Positions 27,758-39,802 of a stretch of DNA of 64,000 nt are shown one piece after another; position 1 is the first letter of the stretch; every line of letters starts with the position of its first letter. Where the stretch lies: positions 150,660,001-150,724,000 of the forward strand of contig OX597816.1 of NCBI GenBank assembly GCA_951406725.2, written 5' to 3'. This DNA is from Octopus vulgaris (Eukaryota). A program made the translations under genes and the position numbers. A model generated the notes under the pieces. It searched no databases, was not told the origin of the DNA, and was given only the letters and a program-made list of their open reading frames with translations.

Positions 27758-28499
27758 CATTTAATTTAGTCAACTAGAAACGAAACTTGATGAAAAGGAA
27801 TTTCAGCAAGTGCAGGCATCTTTGAGCATGTTGAATCATTATGGTTCAATGTGGTTTAAATAAATAAATAAATTAATTAATAAATTGATAAATAAGTAAT
27901 CTATGTATGTATACATGTATATGTATGTAGATGAATAAAAAGATAGATAGATAGATAATAAACTATAAGTCAGAAAAAAAAAGTAAGAGGATTTCAAACC
28001 CATCCTCAAATAGAGACGTTTTCGATGCAGTTGCCCCTTGTTACAACAAGATTCTTGCATCCGGCAGGTTTAAGGACTTGTAGCAGGCTGAATGAAAGGT
28101 ATAATATCAAGCCGATGTAATGTAGCCCATTACTAAATTTAGTGTGTAGATGTAACGCTTCAAGATTCTTGCATTGGAGTACTAGCAAACATTGAAGAAT
28201 CAACATGTTTATTCGTTTGCCCGACAGGTAGTTAAAGAGACAGTAGCAATTCTAGTGATAGTGACAACAAGGATGGCTTGCTGGTTAGTAGTTGATAGTG
28301 TAGAAGTTGCTGTAAGTAGAGAGTGAAGGAGCAAAGAGTGTATGGTGCTGACTAGAAAGGAAGAAAGGATAGAGGTGGCATTGTCTTTCTTGTGGCCGAG
28401 GTAAGTGCTGCTCTTGGTCATGGCTGACGCAAAAGAGCGTGTTGCTCCTTGGTCTAACTGATACAAAAAGGAAGAGATAGGAAATTTATCTCTGTTATA

Positions 28500-29765
28500 T
28501 AGACTGGTCAGTAATGTAGATCAAACCCAAAACAAAGGACTGGCCTTTTCTTGACCAGCACAGGTCCTAGGAAGTCGAGTGTTTCCTCATCAATCATCTA
28601 GTGTGGAGAAGCTTACTCAAGAAATGAAGAGGCATGCTGTTATTGTGGTTATAAAGGCTGAGCATAGCGATTTAGAAATATCTTGAGTTTTAAAAGTTGC
28701 CAGATCTTTCGTCTACAAAGTTTGCAAGGAACTAGAGACTGAAGATGGAAATGTATCACCAGTATCAAAGCATAAAAAGTATTCTAAATGCTCTGAAATC
28801 ATCAGAACACCTGAATTTATCCAGCAAGTTCAACAGACCATTGATTAACTCCCAGAAAGTCCATGAGGTCAATTGCAAAAGATTTCTATGTTTCAGAAGG
28901 ACAGTTAGAAATGTTGTCCATGAAGACATCAGATATAAGTCTTATATGATGTGGAAAGGTCAATTTGTCAGAAAAAAAGCAAAATAAAATCGTTACATCA
29001 GACCTAAAAGGTTCTTAAACAAACTGAAAAATCCATCAGAAGAAGATTTGATTTGGTTTTCTCAAATGAGAAAAACTTCGACCAAGATCAAAAAGTTAAG
29101 AGAAGAAATGATAGATGGTTATGTGCAGACCCTTCTGAAGTTCCAAGTGTTATGCATACAAAATTTCCTGCAACTGTCATGGTTTTAGGGGTTATCAGCA
29201 ATGATGGACATGTGATGCCACCTTACTTCTTTCCACAGGGCCTTAGAGTTAACTCTGCCACCTACACTGAGGTCCTGGAAATAATTATTAAGCTCTGGAT
29301 AGACAGCGTAAGCAATTGAAGGCCATTTGTGTTTCAATAAGACTCTGCACTATTACACATGGCTCTAGCAACACAGGAATGGATGGCTGAAAATTTTCAT
29401 GATCACATAACCCCTAACATTTAGCCTCCTAATTCCTCAGATCTCAATCCATTGGACTATTACATGTGGAGCATTGTTGAGAGAGAGGTTAATGAACATG
29501 CCCATAACACCAACAATTCTTTGAAAGCTGCCATAGTCAGAGTAATGTCCAAAACGAACCAGGATCACTTGATTTGAGTATGTAGATGATTCAGATCTCA
29601 TATAGAAGCAGTTGTTGAAGCTGAAGGTGGCTTTATTGAATAATATCATAGAAAACAAGGTTTATTTTTATCCTCATGGCATTTTTTGATAAATAAAGTT
29701 ATTATCTGTTATATATCTGTTTTTTTATAAACATGAATCTGTCTTCAAATATCTTACGCACTCTG
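28500..29765 (+). mobile_element. Tc1/mariner DD37D (maT-like) transposon with a pseudogenised transposase
   Basis: Decayed ORF from ~28624 to 29643: FSNEKNF, TKFPATVMVLGVIS..G, FQ*DSA..H, PPNSSDLNPLDYY.W. There are 37 residues between the second and third Asp. Right TIR ends ...cttacgcactctg|ta; the left TIR was not found. Confidence 0.88.
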
Positions 29766-29894
29766 TATATGTATACATGCAAAATGAAAGACCGTAAAAG
29801 GTGGAAGCTTTCAAATGATATTTATGCATAAAAATTCATTATCTGAAAGTTTCCCCCTTTTGCTCTCTCTCATTTGCATGTATACATATTTTGT

Positions 29895-30855
29895 ATTTGA
29901 TGTATTTAATAAGGGTTAAACACCTCACTCCTGCTTTTCAGGTATACATCCAAGCATTGAGTACCTTTTAAAATTGCCCTCTTCTCAGCTAGGCATAATC
30001 TGCACTTCCTGTTGCTATTGAAGTACAGTTTGCATCTTTCTAGGATGCTATACTCCATGATACTTTCTTTCAAAGTCCATCTCTCTGGAACATTGAATAA
30101 GGACTTGTGATTATTAAAATGGGCTTTCAAGGAGCCTTCCATTGCCTCTACATACTTCCACATGCTCGGTTGTCCATAGGGTCCAGTTACTGTTACTTCT
30201 GCTTAATAAACAACTGTTTCTTATTGCAGTGGCTGTTTAGTGGACAAGTTGTGTTAACCCTGAATGAGCATCCTGCCTCAGCCTCAGGTCTGGATCTACC
30301 TACTAAAATCTTTTTTTACACTAGCTGTACAGCTATAGGATAATCTCAGGGTATGTTTATTAAATATTTTGTTGAATCTATTGTTGCAAGGGAAGTATCT
30401 ATCAACTAAACTAAGGAAGGTATTACCTACTCTGCTTTAATGTTTAAAAAGAATGGCATTGTGAACCACAGTACTTTCTGGTGGTGCTTTAATTTGGAAG
30501 GGTGGGGCTAGGTTCTGGCATGTAACTAATATTTTCCTTGAAACTGCTGGCAGCCAGAGCCCAGTTGTAGTACAGGGTGGCAGCATCAAAGGTCTCTTTG
30601 CTTGAAGACAAGCTGGAGATTCTCCTGCTGATGCCTTTAACCAGGTTCCTGAATGCTATGGCTGGATGTCAGGAACCTATGTTAAGGCAAGACTTTTCAT
30701 TTGGTTTCCTAAAGGACCTATAGGCACCTGATTCCAGGTCTAGGGCCACATAACGGAAATCTACCATTTTCGTGTCGGTCTCTATAGTGACCTTCAGTTC
30801 AAGGGAGTTCATGGTACTTGTGAGGCCCTTTCTGAGCCTAACGAACTCTGGGTAC
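29895..30855 (-). mobile_element. 5'-truncated Penelope-like retroelement (RT thumb and GIY-YIG endonuclease)
   Basis: LKVTIETDTKMVDFRYVALDLESGAYRSFRKPNE (RT domain 7/thumb, ORF 30669-30908); C.CxxxxxCPLNSHC..ETVVY; KYV...EGSLKAHFNNHK...ILERCK.Y.NSNRKCRLCLAEK (ORF 29906-30163). Confidence 0.85.
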
Positions 30856-31060
30856 ATAGTAAAACAAGATATTAAGTCATTGTAGATATATTCAATATAG
30901 AGAAACACTACATGTGTTTGACCAAATAACTACGAAACTATTATTAACGCTGATGCCACGGAAAAAGTCTGCTACTGTTAAATAATGGTTATATTGAAAA
31001 CGGCGAATCGCTCTAGAAAAAAACGATAATTGTGAACTGATATCAAATACAACAGACGTA

Positions 31061-31081
31061 TCAGCCAATCAGATATATAAA
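31061..31081 (+). promoter_or_regulatory. EDEM1 core promoter: CCAAT box and TATA-like box
   Basis: AGCCAATCAG (NF-Y-type, CCAAT at 31065-31069) immediately followed by TATATAAA (31074-31081), ~43 nt upstream of the ATG, in a locally CpG-retaining region. Confidence 0.5.
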
Positions 31082-31123
31082 TTCATACCATTTGCTATAA
31101 TAAAATTTCCATGGATCAGTATT

Positions 31124-31383
31124 ATGTTTGGAAAACTATTAATGATTATTCTCTTGCTTTGCTTATGTATTCTGATGAAAGGTCGCTTGTGCCTCTTCCA
31201 GAAGGACTGGCGTCGCCACGATGTCAAGTACGGCCATTTCTCCGAGAAGGAGCGTCTAAACATGCTTCAAAAGGTCCGGGAGATGTTCAACTTCGGTTAT
31301 GACAACTACATGAAATATGCATTTCCTAAAGACGAACTAAATCCTCAGAGCTGTCATGGTCGTGACCCTGATTATGACAACCC
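31124..31383 (+). CDS. EDEM1: EDEM1-like ER degradation-enhancing alpha-mannosidase (GH47), first coding exon
   Basis: Hydrophobic N-terminal signal (LLMIILLLCLCIL), then VREMFNFGYDNYMKYAFPKDELNPQSCHGRDPDYDNP, matching EDEM1 MFxFGYDNYMxHAFPxDELNPIxCRGRGPD. Donor cc|gtaagt at 31384 (phase 2). Confidence 0.9.
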
Positions 31384-34300
31384 GTAAGTTTACACCGCTC
31401 TGGTTTTTATCGTCTACATTATTTGCTGCCTTCCTCCACATTTTCATTATTTAAAGTAATCTTACTTGTGACCTAAGCAGGGGATTTATATTTCGATTTT
31501 TATTCAATAATACGTTGTTGCTGTTTATTTGATCACCTTTTAAATTACGAAAACGTTTTGGTTTAATTTAACATCCTAAGAAGCGATCCTTTTCAGCCTT
31601 TTTCAAAATTATTGGTTACGTACAAGAAGCTCTAATTAATGTTGATCTTTAATGGTTCGACAATATGTATGTCGATACTAGAGTTGTGATTTGTATGGCT
31701 GTAATTTTTAGCTGGTCAAGTGACCACATTGATAGCTCCCTTGTTAACTCGACGATGTTTAAGTTCTTTAACCCCAGATCGAGCAGCCATATAATAAAAG
31801 ACAATCCAACTTTGACCATCCCATTTGTTTGTGTATCAAAGGATACATTGTCCAATGTATACTAAGATGGAGGAATGTGATTTGAGGGTGATTTGTTCGC
31901 TATTTCGAACAGGTCGGCGGACCGCATTGAGACATCCCCGTTGGCTCGTTAAGTAAGCAATCGTTCGCTAACAGTGTTTAGGTTGTTGTTTAGTGCCAGG
32001 TCTGTTCTCTTTAAGTTTGTTGAAAGAGAGCAAACTTATTGTCAAAAACTCCCTATTAATGACCAACTCATCCCAGTGTATATTACCCAGTGTACCAACC
32101 TGAAAAATAGAAGAGGGTGTGATATTAGGGAACTTGGCTGTTATTTCTAAAAGCCAAGAGACCACATGAAAACACTTTGAAAGGCGATTAATTTTACTAT
32201 AGAAAGGGTCGACCCCACTCCTTTTTGGGGATAGTAGATTCAAGGCTACATGTCCCTTTTGAATATGAAAAATAAGTGGAATTAATAGTTAATTTTTACA
32301 TAGAAAAACCGATGAAAGAAGAATGATGTTTTACCGAAAGACAAATGTCTGGTAGGGTCTGAAATCGTGAGCTACGTGTCACGTTCGATCATATTGTGTT
32401 GATAGCCGATGGTGCTGTCTTTGATTAAATAGGTACAAAATATGGGAGAATGGAATGTGATGTTTATAACTTTCAAAAGTATCCTCTCGGAGCTTCTTTC
32501 TGCTCTATGGCATTTTGTAACTGCTAATATTTTCATTACATAATCGAATATCATGTCATTTGGGTGATTTAATTTAAGCTTCTGTACTGTTAAACTGTCC
32601 CTCTATTGCTGGTAACTTTTCCAGAATCAGTATTACTTTCTAACAGCCAAATAAAGGAATCACATGAAACGAGGTGTTTCTTCACTAAACATTTTGTGAA
32701 TATTGTCAAGCTGCTCATAATCTGGTTACCTGATATGTTTTTGGTACTAAATCTTCTTCGAATCAAATCCTGTTTAATATTCAATAAAGGGATCATACAT
32801 TTCTAGCCTTAATTCTTTAGTACACCATACTAAGTTTGGACATTATCATTTAAAGAGATATTGTTATAAGAAAACTGTTGATCTTAGCTTAACAATTCTT
32901 CACTTCTCTGGGATACATAAACTACCACCAATAATAACCCGAGATAAAATGATTAAAAATTAAATCCATCAGTTACAACGACAAGGGTTTCAGTTGATCT
33001 GATCAACAGAAAAGCCTGTTTGTGAAATTAACATACTGGGCACTCCCAAGACATGTGTACTCTTAACATAGTTCTCAGGGAGATTCAACATGACACAGAA
33101 TGTGACAAGGCTGCTCTTTGAAATGCAGGTACTACCAATTTTGGCTAGATGAGTGAACAGTAGCAATATGAAATAAAGTGTCTTGCTCAGGGACATACCA
33201 CACTGCTAAGAATAGAACTTGGGACCTTATGATTGCAAACCAAATACCTTAACCACTAACCCATGCACCTTCACACCAAATGACTAAAATTAGGTTATAT
33301 GTGGCACATTGAGCATGTAGGTCACCACTGAACAATTGATTGAAATGTCTTTTTCTCTGGACTTGCTGGATCATCATCATTTAACATTCGCTTTCCATGC
33401 TGGCATGGGTTGGATGGTTTGATAGGAGCTGGTCAGATGGAGAGTGCCCCAAGCTCCATGTCTGTTTTGGGATGGTTTCTATGGTTGGATGCCCTTCCTG
33501 ACACACCAGCCACTTTACAGAGTGTACTGGGTACTTTTATGCAGCACCTGCACAAGTGCTTTTACGTGGTACCAACATCCATGAGCTCACAAGATTAGGA
33601 ATGCTCAGCTGAAAAGGGATGCAGGGGACATACCTGTATGCAAAGACAATCATGTATTTACTTAATTTGACATGTCTTCTCAAGCACAGCAAACTGCCAG
33701 GAGTGAGGAGAAAGCTTGATACCATAAATGACTCTTGAAGTTGTTATAATTTCTTATTGAGAAATCCTAATTTATCATCATTTCATCTCCTTTTTCCATG
33801 CTGGAAGGGTTGATGGGATTCAGTGGTTTGGAGGACCACATCATGTTCCACTGTCTCAGTTTAGGTATGGTTTCAAGCATTGGGCCTCGTGGAGGCAATG
33901 ATAAATGACCAAGACCTTTGGTAATATGTTGTACTTGAGAAGAAGACTCATCAAGCCAAGTGAAATCAAAGTTGTGGCAGATATTGGTGTCATACAAATT
34001 GATGTCCATGCCAGTGGCACATAAATGCACCCATTACACTCTTGGAGTGGTTGGCGTTAGGTGCAGCCCTCAGCTTACCAACCCTGGTCAAACTGTCCAA
34101 CCCATACCAACATGGGCAATGGGTGCTAAATGATGAGGATGACGATGATATATATATATATCTTTTACTTGTTTCAGTCATTAGACTGTGGCCATACTGG
34201 GGCTACATCTTGGAAAATTATTTTCGTCAAATGAATCAACTCCAGTACTTCAGCTTTTTAAAGCCTGATACTTATTCTATCAGTCTCTTTTACCAAACTG

Positions 34301-34683
34301 CTAAGTTACAGGGATGTACACACCAGAGATATACACAAAGACACACACACACACACACGCACACACATATATATGACGGGCTTCTTTCAGTTTCCATCTA
34401 ACAAATCCATTCACAAGGCTTTGGTTGGTCCAAGGTTGTAGTAGAAGACACTCACCTAAGGTGTCATGCAGTGGGACTAATGTGGAACCATATGGCTGGG
34501 AAGCAAGCTTCTTACCACACATATATATATTTTTATAGACGAATGCCCTTCCAGTTACTAACCTTCACCTGTTTTTCAAGTAACGGATCTCTTATATGTC
34601 TGTAAATGTGTGTGTGTGTTTGAGAGCAGCAGTAGGTAGCATATATATATAGCACGGAAAACGGACATTAAACGATGATGATG

Positions 34684-34724
<41 letters not shown>

Positions 34725-34784
34725 GAAAGATGGGGAGAGAGAGAGAGAGAAAGGGTCATAGCTTAACTAATTAGGAAAAGAGCT

Positions 34785-34985
34785 AGCCTTGATGAGATGC
34801 AGTTTGGTTTTGTGCCAAGAGGAAGCATTACTGATGCTATCTTACTAGTGAGGCTACAGCAGGAGAAATATTTAGGAAAAAATAAACCTCTGTACTTGGC
34901 TTTTGTCAACATGTAGAAAGGCTTTGATTGGGCTCTCCACTTAATTATCTGGTGGGCAATATGGCAGCTAGGGATAAATGGGTGG
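34785..34985 (+). mobile_element. RTE-like RT fragment
   Basis: MQFGFVPRGSITDAILLVRLQQEKYLGKNKPLYLAFVNM*KGFD. Confidence 0.75.
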
Positions 34986-34989
34986 TATA

Positions 34990-36270
34990 GTGGCTAGCAA
35001 TCTATCAAAATCTTTTATTTAATAAGCAAAGTGAACAATTGAAATGTAATCGATAGGTAGGACTATGTACTTTAGTATTTATTTGACATTCTCTTCGCAG
35101 TTTTTAATTCAGAAACTCTTTTTGGCATTGAACTGAAGAGCTTTGTGATTGTCTCTTGTGGAATTTCTGCCCACTTTTCACGCAACAATCAACAATTCAT
35201 CTTTAGATTTATGTTTCTGTCAAGTTTTTCGTATAGCTCTATCTAGTATGCTCCAAAGATTTTCAATTGGGTTCATGTCAGGAGATTGGCTCATCCAAGG
35301 AAGCTTTTTGATCCCATTTTCAGTCAGCCATTGTTGATTCCTTTTCGCTGTGTGGCATGGACCCCATTTTCCATAAAGAAAAACTCATTTTTCATTATGT
35401 TATCATGTGAATACATTGGAAGTAGTCCTTGCTTAAGTATTTTGATGTATTTTACAGAGTTTATGGTTCCAACACATTCAATCAGCTCAGAATGACCATT
35501 GCTGGTGACAGCTCCCCATACCATTACAGAGATACCACCATGTTTCACAGTTGGTTGGAGTCATTTCAAATCAAATTCTTGATTGAGAACCTCCAGACCC
35601 AAATATCGTTCACTGTCTGAAAATAATGCAAATCTAGATTCATCTAAGAAAATCACTCTATCCCAAAATGAACTGGATTTTTCTGACATCTCCTTAGCCC
35701 ATTTCTTTCTTTTCATGATTTTAATTGATTGAAGGAGAGGCTTTCTTTTAGCTGCTCGTCCATAACACCCAAGCTAATGCAGATATGTAACACACGTTCT
35801 TGGACTAACTTCTAGCTGTTTTGCAATGTCAGAAGCCTTTGAACAGGGTTCATTTTCCACAATTTTTTTCAAACAACGAAGCTTCCTTTCTGAGGGCCCA
35901 GGTCGGCTGAGACGAGAATCTGTTGATTCTTTTCCTTGGCTTTTGAATTGATTTATAATCAATTCTATATACAATAGAATTCTATTAACTATAATTCTAT
36001 TAACAATAGCAAGAGGAATTTGAAGATTTTCGGCAATTTTTCACTGGCTAAGACCAGCCTCAGATTGCCCAACAATATGACTGCTTTGAAAATCTGACAG
36101 TTCTGCTGAATTTTTTGTGCATGGCATGGTTAATCTTCGCAAATGTTTAATATAATGGCACCTGGAATGAAAAAGAATAATTACATTGTAAATTCTATAC
36201 TGCTGAAAAAACATATTAAGACACTTAGATCAGAAATTTTGAAAATTAAAGGTGGCTATTTACTACCTGC
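34990..36270 (-). mobile_element. Tc1-like (DD34E-type) transposon with a pseudogenised transposase
   Basis: ATG at ~36127; W.RVIF.DESRF; [11 protein letters not shown]; SQSPDMNPIENLW; stop near 35072. TIRs poorly preserved, so ends are approximate. Confidence 0.85.
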
Positions 36271-36299
36271 ATGTCTGTGTGTGTGTGTATGTATGTATA

Positions 36300-36341
<42 letters not shown>

Positions 36342-38808
36342 GACAGATGTTAGGAAGAGCATCCAGCCATAGAAATCATGTCAAAACAAAAAATGGAGTA
36401 TAATGCAGTTCTTGGACTTTCCTTGGATCCATTGGATCCTGTCAAACTGATTAATCCATACCTGCATGGAACATGGACTTTAAATAATGATGATTATATA
36501 TATTTATATATGTGTGTGTGTATGTATGTATATAGTGTCCAAACAGTAGATGAGGAAGTCTGCTGAAGATCACAGTGTCCAAATATCAGGTTATCAATGT
36601 GAAATGATCAATGTTTTATGAAACTCACTGTGAGTGCATCTTTAGCACTTTTCTGTGCCTTTAATAAACAAAAACAAAAGTGTCAAACCACGTTTCTGCT
36701 TTCCCACCACCACCACCACCCCACATACATGGTCCCTCAGAAATAGTTGATTCATTTGTATTGATAGAAGTATGGTAGTAAAATCAGCTTATTTCAACAG
36801 AAATATAGTAAGGAAAGAGAGGCTGGTGTAGCACTTAAGATCCACCAAGGATAGGGAAGAAACATTATCACCATCAGATGGACAGCAAAACTCTACCGCT
36901 TTTAAAGGGGCAGCAGTACCACCAATAGTAAAGTATCACCAACAAAGAGGCAAGCCCACCACCAAGGTAGTAACACCTGTCAATAAGTAGGCTCAGTGAG
37001 AATATTTGTTAGACAAAGGATCAATAATTAGTTGAATGTATAAATATTGAATTTTTTTGGTGGGGGGGGGGATTCTACTGTTGTGGAAACTAGTATATCA
37101 TAAGAGAGATAGAAGTGACATTTTAGAACTAGTATAGTTATTGTTTAGAGCAATATAGCGTTATGTTTAGCTTATAGTTTTCTTTAGTATAATATAGTGT
37201 AACATTGTTTGGTGTAATATGTTGTAGTGTTTAGTGTAATATACAGAAGAGTTGGATTGTTGAAAAGGATCTGACTAGCTTGAGGTCTGTGTTGGCCCCC
37301 AATATTTGCTTTGGAAAGGTTTCTTCAGCTGGATGCCCTCCTTAACACCATCCACTTTACAACACAAATGTGCATATACAGATATAAACAGGCCAATGTC
37401 ATTTCCATAATGTCATAAACTGGTGACAGTCTCAGCCAGCTAACAGGCAAAACTAGATAATACATACATTACATCAAAAAGGGATACGTTGACAATTTAA
37501 ATGCATGTGATGAAAGTATGTACACAATAATATACTTAACCTTAAGGTTGAGATATGATGAAAGAGTTGTTACATACAAGTTATATGCATGTGTGTGTGT
37601 ATAGATTTATGTATGTGAGTGTTTGTATGTTGATGGATGGATGGATGGATGGATGGATGGATGGATGGATAGATGGAAAAAGAGAAAAAGAAAGAGATAT
37701 TTGTATATGTATGTGTGCATGTGATATATGCATGCTTTTCAACTTGTAAATGTTATAATAACTCAAATAATAGCACACAGGGATGCAGCTACAATGACAG
37801 ATTATTAAAGTGGTGAGATGAATAGGAATGATAACTAAAAAAAAATCCATGTGAATATACAGCTATGATGGCAGATTAAAATATTATGGATCAAACACAA
37901 AGTGGTAGAAGCTGAGTTGGAATATATATGCAAACAGATGCTTACATCCACACATAATTACATGCATATGTATGCACAAGCATTCCTATATACAAAGTAA
38001 CATATAAACACTCACATGTTTTTCCTCACATCTTCATTTCAAAACATTAAAGCACTACCTGGATTTTATACATAGAAAAATATAGAGCAATATTAATTAT
38101 AACATAGTAGTCTGTGAACTAACCTGAAAAATTGAAACAAATTATTAAGTAACTCTTTTGTTTATACTTTATTTCCAGCAAACGAACTGTGAACTAAAAT
38201 ATGTATTTAAACAAAGCATCTTGGCAAAGATACTTGACCCCAAAAATTCTTATGGAAAAATGTTTACAGCAAAAATATTTACCTCAGAAATTATTATGGC
38301 AACAGTATTTACTACAAAAATATATATGACAAATATTTCTATAGCTAAAATGTTTACTGAAAGATATTTCTGCCACAAAAGTTAACCAGTTTTGATTGGT
38401 TAACTTTTGATTTAAAAAAAACAAAAAGATTTAGATGCTAGTTTATGTGAACTGATACAATCTGGCTCCGGTGCAGCCTTGTCTGTACTACAATAATATG
38501 ATGATGGATTATTTCTAGGATGGAAATTATTCCATTGTGAGAGGACTGGTTTATTGGTAATACTGTCATAATAAGGAAAAAGTATGTACATAATAATACA
38601 CTTAACCTTAAGGTTGAGATATGATAACTGAAGACAGGATTGTAGAGCGGAACCTATGACATCATCTTTTTTATAGTAATGCAAACAACCCCTTTTAGAG
38701 AGGTTATAGCTTGGTGGGTGGTCATGGCTCATGCACTACTGTAATTATTTTCAAAGGGGGGGGGGGGATTGTCCGTCTTCAGGATAAAGAAGGTAGAAAT
38801 TGGATTGG

Positions 38809-38839
<31 letters not shown>

Positions 38840-39718
38840 TACACACCTCTTTTAAAACAATACTGAAACCAATAACATGGAAAGTTATGAGTATGTATTG
38901 TGTTCTACAGGATATTGGAAGGACAGAATACAATGGGTAGTGGATCGATAGGATGTAAACAGAAAGGCAAAATAAAGTAATCACCTATTGGGATTTAAAC
39001 GTACATTTGATAAACAGCACCTGCTTCTGTGAGTTCAAGTTCCATCTGATACTTGCCATTTTTTCTTTTACTTTTACTATGCTCACTATCTCATTTCTAT
39101 GTTTACATCCAATATATTTAAGGGTATTTTTTTAAATAATAACATTGGTACAAAGTCACAGGTTTTTAGGAGATTAAATGACCAGTACAATTTCAAAGAG
39201 CAAAAAGACAGTGAAAGTCAAAGTCAACTTAGGTAAAATTTGAACTCAAAATGTAGAAACAGGAAACTGAATTCTGTCAGACATTTAATCTGTCACTTTA
39301 TCATTTCCTGTGTTTTTCACTTCAGAAGTATGGGTGCAGGTATTTATTGTAGTAGTGTTAAGATGTTTACTTCACATTTTATGGTTTGGGATATAATCCA
39401 TTGTGAGGTGCCTTGGGCAAGTGTCTTCTAACATAACTTCAGGATGACCAAAGTCTTGAGTGAAATTACTCGATAGGAACTGTGTGGAAGATCATTAGAG
39501 GAATCATCTCTGATCTAATTCTTTGCCCAGTTAAACATCACCAAATGGCCCTTGGGTACTTTTAATGGAATTCTCTCTGCTGTATCATTTGATCACGATA
39601 TTCAGTTTGGAGATAAGTTCCTCTATTTCTTTTATCACTTTAGGAAACTCTGACAAAATTAATGTAAATAATATAAAGAAAAATCAAATTTCTACAAATT
39701 TAGCACTATAATCATAGC

Positions 39719-39752
<34 letters not shown>

Positions 39753-39802
39753 TGATGATGATGACGATGACGATGACGATAATAGTAATAATAATAATAA
39801 TA

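Noticed and set aside
27527-27777. YIYI/CVCV ORFs (similar ones at 902-1169 and 25605-25829)
   Set aside because: Dinucleotide microsatellites lacking stop codons.
28209-28466. 85-aa Ser/Thr/Leu-rich minus-strand ORF as a protein-coding gene
   Set aside because: Non-ATG start, low complexity, no recognisable motif; the region is kept only as a low-interest finding.
31649-31855. Minus-strand ORF starting MDNVSFDT, reminiscent of EDEM NxSFD
   Set aside because: Wrong strand for EDEM1 and part of a dispersed repeat also seen near 60-230, 3800-3950 and 18650-18770.
37513-38625. ~48-bp direct repeat (37513-37560 and 38579-38625) containing the palindrome aaccttaaggtt, as possible LTRs or TSD
   Set aside because: No TG...CA termini, PBS or coding interior; best explained as two fragments of a dispersed repeat.
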